DNA of 64,000 nucleotides. Source: Candidatus Bathyarchaeia archaeon. Lineage in GTDB: Archaea; Thermoproteota; Bathyarchaeia; Bathyarchaeales; Bathycorpusculaceae. The position numbers were made by a program, and so were the translations under genes. The stretch spans positions 24,184 through 88,183 of the forward strand of contig JBEKGO010000006.1 in the NCBI GenBank assembly GCA_050012755.1, given 5' to 3'. Numbering within the stretch: the first letter of the stretch is position 1; each line of letters starts with the position of its first letter. Under the pieces are notes generated by a model, which was given only the letters and a program-made list of their open reading frames with translations, ran no database searches and was not told the DNA's origin. Of the stretch, positions 57,294 through 64,000 are shown piece by piece.

Positions 57294-57992
57294 TCAAGTA
57301 ACCCAGCCGTGATTGACGAGACCTTGTCTCTCTACCAAACTCGTGAGTCCTTTGACCAGCACTGGAGTAATGATTATCATTGCAATAGCGTCGCCAGCAA
57401 TCCATCCTATGAACCATGGCCAGAAGGCATTATGCGCGATGGCACCCAGCTCCCACAGAATTCCAACACCGACTACTCCGCTGATCAGGTTCAAAACGAC
57501 TCCATTGATCATAATAAACCAGAACCACGCACTCGCTCTCTTGGTTTTGACTCCTGCGATTTCTTTCTCAGTTAAGTCTCTCCACAAGGGATCATAGCCT
57601 CTGTTTGCCAGAACCCCGCGGTAGATAACGAATGCGAAGAACGGCGGAATGAAGTCGCTTATCGAGTAAGCCAGCGAGGGAACTATTCCGGTGCCGACTA
57701 GAAGTCCTGCTCCGATTACGCAGCCGATGTATGCACCTATTGGTCCCCAGATTCCCCACCACATCGTGAAGACGAGGAAGAAGGGGTACACGAAGTAGAA
57801 CAGCGAGATGCCTGCGTAGCTCAGCGGACCGAAAACGGTGACGCTTAGGTATGACAAAGCGATGACAGCCGCGATTTGCGCCGCGTAGAGCACATATTGT
57901 GTTGTTGAAACGGGTTCTCCTCTGCCCATTTTCAGTGTGTAGTTGCTCCAAGGATATTTAGTTTCAAGTGGTTTACTATTTGTTTCTCCCAT
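57294..57992 (-). CDS. Probable ECF S-component (start ATG 57992)
   Basis: About 6 TM helices, WWGIWG..GAYIG, GGTGAGG RBS; first gene of the S-T-AA operon. Confidence 0.75.
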   Translation of the reverse strand: MGETNSKPLETKYPWSNYTLKMGRGEPVSTTQYVLYAAQIAAVIALSYLSVTVFGPLSYAGISLFYFVYPFFLVFTMWWGIWGPIGAYIGCVIGAGLLVGTGIVPSLAYSISDFIPPFFAFVIYRGVLANRGYDPLWRDLTEKEIAGVKTKRASAWFWFIMINGVVLNLISGVVGVGILWELGAIAHNAFWPWFIGWIAGDAIAMIIITPVLVKGLTSLVERQGLVNHGWVT

Positions 57993-58211
57993 TATCCTCA
58001 CCGAACCGTTATCTCTGAACCCAATTAGTATATAATATTTATCTTTTCGGCTGGGTAACACTTCGCTCAAAGCGGTGCTTGTCCATCAGTTTCAAATGCT
58101 TTGACCCCCTGCACTTGATTTTGGCAAAAATTAAAATTGGTTGGTTGTTCATTTGGTAAAAGTGAATGTTCTTGGTTTGTGGTCGTGTTTGAGTGAAGGA
58201 TGTGACCTATC

Positions 58212-59390
58212 TTGAAAGTGTTGGTTAATGATGGTTTGTTTAACGAAGGCATAAAGTTGTTTGAGGCTGCTGGAATCCAGACGGACTGTAATAAAAGAGA
58301 TGCAAATGCTCTGATTAACCAAATGGGGGATTTTGATGCTTTGGTTGTGCGGAGTGCAACCGTCGTCACGCGGGAGGTTATTGAGTCAGGCGTTCGGGGT
58401 AAGTTGAAGATTATTGGTAGGGCTGGTGTAGGTACTGACAATATCGATGTGACTGCTGCGACTGAGAACGGTGTTGTGGTTAAGTCTGCGCCCTACGGCA
58501 ATACTAATGCCGCGGCAGAGTTGGCTTTGACTCTAATGCTGGCTGTTTCTAGGAATGTGGTGTCTGGACATAATTCTCTGAAACATGGCGTGTGGCAAAA
58601 GAAAGGATTCGAGGGAGTTGAGCTTTCCGGGAAGACCTTAGGAATTTTGGGTTGTGGAAGAATCGGGCAGAGACTTAGCGAACTTGTGGCAGGGTTTAAC
58701 ATGAATGTGATAGGTTACGACCCAATTGTGGTTTCGGGTTCCAAGATACGGTATGTGTCAAAAGAGGAAGTTCTTTCCAATGCTGATTATGTAAGCGTGA
58801 ATTCAAGTGGAAAAGGAATCGTGATTGGACGAAAAGAGTTGTTCTTGATGAAACCTACCGCTCACTTGATTAATACAGCTCGTGGGCATAACGTAGATGA
58901 AAAGGCATTGTATGAAGCATTAGAAGCTGGAAGTTTAGCGGGCGCTGGCATTGACGTTTATGAGGATGAACCCACAGAAGAAGGAGCTGAGTTCAAAAGC
59001 AAGCTAAGGGAACTGGATAATGTGGTTATGACTCCACACTTGGGGGCTTCAACCGTGGAGGCGCAACAAAAAACCTCAATAGAGATAGCCCGAGCAGTCA
59101 TTGATTTTCTATTGTATGGGAATTTCTCTAATGCTGTTAACGTAGGGGAAAACATCGAGTTAGAAGAGAGACTCTTTTACCCTCTGTTTATTTATCACAT
59201 GGACAAGCCTGGAATGTTTGCAAAAATCGACGAGGTACTTGCAGATAATGGCGTTAACATAAGGGAGAATCCGTCAAGACAAATCGGAGACGGTTATGCC
59301 ATCGCTGTTTATCTAGTGCATCAAAAGATTGAGCAAAAGGTGCTAGACGAATTAAACAAGATTGCTGGCGTCATTAGAGCCAAAACATGA
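58212..59390 (+). CDS. serA: D-3-phosphoglycerate dehydrogenase-like enzyme with ACT domain
   Basis: GRAGVGTDNID, GCGRIG, NTARG, EP, TPHLGAST.EAQ and DKPG (ACT). Confidence 0.88.
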   Translation: MKVLVNDGLFNEGIKLFEAAGIQTDCNKRDANALINQMGDFDALVVRSATVVTREVIESGVRGKLKIIGRAGVGTDNIDVTAATENGVVVKSAPYGNTNAAAELALTLMLAVSRNVVSGHNSLKHGVWQKKGFEGVELSGKTLGILGCGRIGQRLSELVAGFNMNVIGYDPIVVSGSKIRYVSKEEVLSNADYVSVNSSGKGIVIGRKELFLMKPTAHLINTARGHNVDEKALYEALEAGSLAGAGIDVYEDEPTEEGAEFKSKLRELDNVVMTPHLGASTVEAQQKTSIEIARAVIDFLLYGNFSNAVNVGENIELEERLFYPLFIYHMDKPGMFAKIDEVLADNGVNIRENPSRQIGDGYAIAVYLVHQKIEQKVLDELNKIAGVIRAKT

Positions 59391-60049
59391 GAAACGAAAG
59401 ACAGAAGAAGCATAGCATCACTTCTCTGTTTCAAAATATTTCTAATTTTTTTTGGAATATCCTTGGAATCTACGTTAGTCGTTCATTTTTTCATCAAATG
59501 TGAGATGCTATCTCTAACTTAGGAATCTCAGTAGGATATTTAACGCGTGCCACTTTGAAAACATGTTTGCAGTTATCGCAGCTGAAGTATGCCAATGAGA
59601 AATACGGATTTTCTATTCTTTTTTGAAGTCTAGTAAACTCGGCTCGACATCTAGGGCATTTTACCATACGGATGCACTTTCAAACCGAGTTTGCATTGCA
59701 TGAGATAAAAGGATTATGGGCGACTATTTGACAATTTATTGCTGAATTTCTTTAAAAAACACTCTGCCTCCTCATGCGACCACAAATTAATTTTGGTCTC
59801 ACCAATTTCATCATTTAGAGCTTTACGTCAAATGTTTTGCGGAAGTGGGTTTAACCAATAACAGACCTAAATTCTTACCAATAGCTTTAGAAAAATGAGG
59901 TGATACTGGTGACATCTCCACTCTGAATTAAGTGAGGCTCAGTTAATTCAGGTTTCTTGACTAAACTGCGTTGAGCAGTCTGCAGAACTATTGCGACAGT
60001 CACATGTTTATTAGTGCTAAATGTCTCATGAAATGGTGAGGTTAATGAT

Positions 60050-60493
60050 ATGGGAGTTAAGGAAAACCTTGAGTTAATGAAGACGCTTGATGATGCTTGG
60101 AATGCGGGACCCGGAAGCCCCCTTTGGGAGACGTTCAAGAAACGTCACCGAGAAGACGTTAAAGTGTATTGGCCAGCGCAACCCTTGCCAACAGTAGGAC
60201 GACATAACCATGATGCCGAAGCTACGGAGTTCTTCAAAACCTTTGACAACCGATTAGTCAACAATCCCTATAAAATAGCGTTTGGAGATGGAGGCCACAC
60301 ATGTACTGTTGCCGATTGGACTGTAACCATGAAAGGATCAATGAAAGGCGCAGATGGAAAGATTATTCCGCCAACTGGAAAAACGGCAAAGCTTGAATTC
60401 TGCACAGTTGCCACTTGGAAGAACGGTAAAATCGCCGAAGAAAGATTGTTCTACGATGTTGTCGGATTTATGAAACAGCTGGGGCTATCTTAA
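60050..60493 (+). CDS. SnoaL-like (NTF2-fold) ester cyclase family protein
   Basis: IPPTGK...F.TV..W.NGKI.EE...YD...QLGL. Confidence 0.88.
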   Translation: MGVKENLELMKTLDDAWNAGPGSPLWETFKKRHREDVKVYWPAQPLPTVGRHNHDAEATEFFKTFDNRLVNNPYKIAFGDGGHTCTVADWTVTMKGSMKGADGKIIPPTGKTAKLEFCTVATWKNGKIAEERLFYDVVGFMKQLGLS

Positions 60494-60522
60494 TCAAGAG
60501 TTAGTGATAGTTAAATGAGGAA

Positions 60523-60562
60523 GGGAATGAACGGTAAAATTACCGAAATTTCCCGGTTTTTT
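60523..60562 (+). terminator. Hairpin plus T-tract between the snoaL-like and pirin genes
   Basis: GGGAA...CGGTAA-AA-TTACCG...TTCCC followed by a T run. Confidence 0.45.
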
Positions 60563-60619
60563 CCTGGCTTCAAATAACAAATATAGGTATCATTCAATTA
60601 ATATCATTAGGCGAGTTTT

Positions 60620-61489
60620 TTGGAGAGACAAATTCGAAGAATTTTGAGACGCCACCAAACTCTTGAAGGTGCAGGAGTTAAGTTGAAAAGAGTTTTGGGA
60701 AACGATGAAGACTCTACACTTGACCCTTTCTTGCTTTTAGACCATTTTGGATCGGATAATCCTGAAGATTATATCAAAGGTTTTCCATGGCATCCTCACA
60801 GAGGAATGGAAACGGTCACTTACATGTGGGCAGGCGAGGTTGAACACGGCGACAGCATGGGCAATAAGGGCATGATCAAATCTGGAGACATACAGTGGAT
60901 GACTGCGGGATCAGGCATAATTCATCAGGAAATGCCACAAAAATATGACGGCTTAATGCAGGGTTTCCAACTGTGGGTAAACTTGCCCGCAAAGAAAAAG
61001 ATGGTTGATCCCAAATACCGAGGAATACTAAAAGAACAGATTCCAATGGTCCATAAAGACGATATAAAGATCAAAGTTATAGCAGGAAAGGCAAATGGAA
61101 TTCAAGGGCCTGTTCGTGATTTAGCAATTGACATAGAGTATTTTGATGTGGAGTTAGCCTCTGGAAAAACATTTGAACATGCCACAGCGAAAAATGATAC
61201 AGTGTTTGCTTATATTGTTGAGGGTTCCGTTGAGGTTCAAGGCAAAGCAATAGGGCAGGGGCAGTGCGTAGTCTTTGGCGAAGGCAATTTTGTCAAAATA
61301 AGCTCAAAATACGGCAGTCGCTTTCTTTATGTGTCAGGTGAACCGTTGAATGAGCCTGTGGCTTGGAGAGGACCCATCGTAATGAATACTCAAGAAGAAT
61401 TAGACAAGGCTTTCGAAGAGCTGGAAGATGGTACTTTCATAAAAACAAAAAATTCACTAGATCTCAAACAGGAAATTGAGGTGATATAA
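60620..61489 (+). CDS. Pirin family protein
   Basis: DPFLLLD, HPHRGMET, WMTAGSGIIHQE, QLWVNLP and GPIVMN motifs. Confidence 0.95.
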   Translation: MERQIRRILRRHQTLEGAGVKLKRVLGNDEDSTLDPFLLLDHFGSDNPEDYIKGFPWHPHRGMETVTYMWAGEVEHGDSMGNKGMIKSGDIQWMTAGSGIIHQEMPQKYDGLMQGFQLWVNLPAKKKMVDPKYRGILKEQIPMVHKDDIKIKVIAGKANGIQGPVRDLAIDIEYFDVELASGKTFEHATAKNDTVFAYIVEGSVEVQGKAIGQGQCVVFGEGNFVKISSKYGSRFLYVSGEPLNEPVAWRGPIVMNTQEELDKAFEELEDGTFIKTKNSLDLKQEIEVI

Positions 61490-61492
61490 CTC

Positions 61493-61831
61493 ATGAGCGT
61501 AGCAAAAAAACAAAAAATTAAAAACCTAAAGAAAAGCACTTTCCACGAAAAAATAGTAGAAAAAGACAAAGCATTCGTTCTCTTCTACGCAACTTGGTGC
61601 CCGTTTTCACAGCGGTTCCTGCCAATTTTTGAAGACTATTCTAAGAGCAATCCGAAAGAGCGCCTAAGCGTTATTGTCGATGAGGAACCCGATGTCTGCG
61701 GAGAATACGCCATAGAATACTATCCGACCGTGATAATGTTCAAAAAAGGAAAAGTGCACAAACGCTTGGACACAGAACTAGGAGTTGGATTAAGCAAAAA
61801 ACAGCTTAAGGACCTTACTGAAGAACAGTAA
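61493..61831 (+). CDS. Thioredoxin-fold protein with monothiol WCPFS site
   Basis: FYATWCPFS and the YPT cis-Pro motif. Confidence 0.85.
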   Translation: MSVAKKQKIKNLKKSTFHEKIVEKDKAFVLFYATWCPFSQRFLPIFEDYSKSNPKERLSVIVDEEPDVCGEYAIEYYPTVIMFKKGKVHKRLDTELGVGLSKKQLKDLTEEQ

Positions 61832-61994
61832 GAAACCTAAATCCTCCTCATTTTTTTGGACGAACACTCATGCTTTTGAGATTCTCAACACTTGCGGTCT
61901 ACAGTTTGATTATACGTTGAACTCCTGTTTGTTTGGTAAGCTAATTTTTTATATCTGAGAGCCACGCTTTGCTAAAACAACGCGAGGCTAAGTC

Positions 61995-63338
61995 TTGGAT
62001 TACGTTACAGTCGCTGCAGTTGCTATCTTCATAGTGACGCTTTTCTTGATGATTAAGCGCCCGTTCGGCTTGCGGCTTGGGTACGCAGCTGGAATCGGGG
62101 CGACTGCTTCACTTTTGCTTGGCACAGTTAGTTTGGGGCAGGCTGCGCAGTCCTTCCTAAATATTTGGGATGCAGCGTTGGCGTTTCTTGGTATCATAGC
62201 ATTGTCCGTGACGTTGGATGCTATGGGCTTCTTTAAGTGGGCTGCCTTGCGGGTTGTGAAGTTGGCTGGCGGCAGCGGCTTGCGCCTTTACTTCTATATT
62301 GCTTTGCTAACTGCGGCGGTTAGTATTCTTTTTGCAAATGATAGCGCTGTTTTAATTCTAACCCCGATTGTATTGGAAGTTGTCACCTGCCTTGGCATTG
62401 GTGGAAAAAGCAGGCTGGCATACCTTTTTACTGCAGGCTTAATCGCTGATACAGCAGCAATGCCGTTGATTACAAGCAACCCAATCAACATCTTAAGCGC
62501 CGACTTCTTCAAGTACAGCTTCATTGACCACTTGATCTTCATGGGCCCCGTCACCGTAGTAGTTCTCCTAAGCAGCTTGCTGTTGATTTATCTCTTTTTC
62601 CGAAAACAAATACCCAAAACCTACGACATCGCAGCCGCCGAGGCTTTAACCAAAGGCAAACCAGCAATCTCTTCCAATTTATTGAAAATAAGTGTAGCTA
62701 CGCTAATTGCAATTGATGTTGGCTATATTTTGACTTCTTTGAATAGGTTTCCTGTTTCGCTTGTGATTTGTAGCGGTGAAGTGTTTCTCGTTACGGTTTA
62801 CTGGTTTACGTTGAAGCATAATGGCTCGGTAAACGGTGAGAAGAAAGGGCTCGTGGGTTTAGCGAGAGAAATCAATTGGGATATAGTGTTGTTCATGCTT
62901 AGCATCTTTTTGGTGGTTCAGGGATTAGAAACAGCTGGTGTCACAAACCTGTTAGCTTCTGCGCTGGTAGCCACAAGCAAGCTTCCGTCCTTTCTTAGCG
63001 TTTTTGGTCCAAGCATGGTTGTCACAGTCGGTGCAAGCTTCATGAATAATTGGCCAATGACAATTCTAGGTTTGCTCAGCATCCAACATGCAGCTGTAAC
63101 TGGGTCCACCTTAACAAACTTGATTTTCAGCAATGTCATTGGCAACAACTTGGGACCGCACTTCTTCCCGCTTGGATCGCTGGCTATTTTGATGTGGATG
63201 GAAATGATGCGTCGTAGAGGTGTTAATCTTAGCCTGAAAGAATATCTCAAAGTTGGAGCCATACTTTCAATCGCACAAGTTGCCATAGCTTCTGCAGTCT
63301 TGTGGGCGGAGTTAGTTATGGGATTCAAGCTTTTTTAG
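61995..63338 (+). CDS. arsB: ArsB/NhaD family transporter
   Basis: ANDSAVLILTPIV, IADT, SNPIN, MNNWP and NLGP...PLGSLA motifs. Confidence 0.85.
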   Translation: MDYVTVAAVAIFIVTLFLMIKRPFGLRLGYAAGIGATASLLLGTVSLGQAAQSFLNIWDAALAFLGIIALSVTLDAMGFFKWAALRVVKLAGGSGLRLYFYIALLTAAVSILFANDSAVLILTPIVLEVVTCLGIGGKSRLAYLFTAGLIADTAAMPLITSNPINILSADFFKYSFIDHLIFMGPVTVVVLLSSLLLIYLFFRKQIPKTYDIAAAEALTKGKPAISSNLLKISVATLIAIDVGYILTSLNRFPVSLVICSGEVFLVTVYWFTLKHNGSVNGEKKGLVGLAREINWDIVLFMLSIFLVVQGLETAGVTNLLASALVATSKLPSFLSVFGPSMVVTVGASFMNNWPMTILGLLSIQHAAVTGSTLTNLIFSNVIGNNLGPHFFPLGSLAILMWMEMMRRRGVNLSLKEYLKVGAILSIAQVAIASAVLWAELVMGFKLF

Positions 63339-64000
63339 TATCTCTCGATAAACTGCCAAAGCCTTTTTTTCATCCGTTACGCCTTTTATGAGCATGCGTC
63401 CCCCGTTGAAGAGGCTAACTTCGTATTCTTTATAGTTGAACATAAGCGCCAAACGCGATTTCAAACGAACGGTAAATTGCTTGTTTATGACTGGGTAGGC
63501 TTCTTCAAGGTTCAGCTGCATTAGTTTTTCAGGGTTGATATTCGCTGTGTCTCTTCCGCAAAGCCAAACCAGCCGTTCACCGCCAGCAACCCCAGACAAA
63601 TCGCCGTGGCAAACAGGACAACGAATGCTCTTTGAAATGTCTATGGTTGTGAAGTCCATGTCGCTGAAGTCGCAGACCAACAGTTTGCCCTTCAAAGTCT
63701 GCCCTACACCAGCCAACAGCTTTATGGTTTCCATAGCTTGCAAGGCGCCAATCACTCCAGGCGTCGCTCCGATCACTCCTCGGGTGCTGCATGTTAGCAA
63801 GTCGTTGTCGGAGAGGTTAGGCATCAAACATTCCAAGCAACCCGTTTCAGGCGGAGCAAAAACCGAAATGTTGCCTTCTATGCCGATGGCGGCGCCAAAA
63901 ACATAGGGAGTTTTTAGTTTTACGCAGGCACGGTTGACGAGGTAACGAGTCACCATATTATCTAAACCATCAACAACGCAGTCGACTCCTTTCAAAAGCC
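63312..64000 (-). CDS. MoeB/ThiF-family E1-like adenylyltransferase (5' end outside window)
   Basis: DGLDN...R, CLEC, TC...GV and CPVC motifs plus the C-terminal LF..GR..I.G domain; frame is open to the window edge. Confidence 0.88.
   Translation of the reverse strand, partial: LLKGVDCVVDGLDNMVTRYLVNRACVKLKTPYVFGAAIGIEGNISVFAPPETGCLECLMPNLSDNDLLTCSTRGVIGATPGVIGALQAMETIKLLAGVGQTLKGKLLVCDFSDMDFTTIDISKSIRCPVCHGDLSGVAGGERLVWLCGRDTANINPEKLMQLNLEEAYPVINKQFTVRLKSRLALMFNYKEYEVSLFNGGRMLIKGVTDEKKALAVYREILKKLESHN

Noticed and set aside
59391-60049. 660-bp intergenic gap examined for IS ends or ncRNA
   Set aside because: Only a terminator-like hairpin after serA; no supported structure, repeats or ORF.
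60421-60547. 17/19 direct repeat between the snoaL-like 3' end and the downstream intergenic region
   Set aside because: Short, and the second copy is adequately explained as part of a terminator-like hairpin.
1287-63906. Numerous 60-150 aa ORFs nested antisense or off-frame within well-supported genes
   Set aside because: Shadow ORFs without motifs, RBS or independent promoters.

Overview
Archaeal chromosomal segment, most likely Bathyarchaeia (TACK). This is inferred from TBP, Spt5, SecE, uL11/uL1/uL10, a Zn-ribbon Cren7-like gene, a large secreted PQQ-like propeller protein, PEF-CTERM-like tails and frequent TTG/GTG starts. About 18.9-45 kb is core housekeeping: tRNA modification and processing, cysS, prs, lhr, tbp, pyrE, the dtdA-secE-spt5-rpl11-rpl1-rpl10 string and an OTC-like enzyme. 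The flanks (1-18 kb, 45.8-64 kb) are accessory, with two tRNA genes, aguB-aguA, a tandem Lrp pair, a frameshifted ECF S-component, a complete ECF transporter, a tandem-repeat propeller protein, ilvC, serA, pirin and an ArsB-like transporter. I found no CRISPR array, rRNA, integrase or intact transposase. Five candidates stand out. (1) A ~4 kb islet bounded by tRNA-Gln and a 24/27 copy of its 3' end carries a Tfx/sigma-r4-like HTH gene coupled to two membrane proteins that share an identical N-terminal RGWLPKEPSLP peptide. (2) An unannotated Zn-finger Cren7-like gene lies divergent from an lhr/Cys-rich/aKMT-like/peptide/YkgJ cluster, a possible chromatin-methylation locus. (3) A ~240 nt multi-helix putative ncRNA sits upstream of rnz. 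(4) There is an orphan Pvc16/DUF4255-like gene. (5) There is an unannotated CdrS-like RHH gene, while ftsZ is missing from its usual position. All assignments come from reading motifs by eye; no searches were run.
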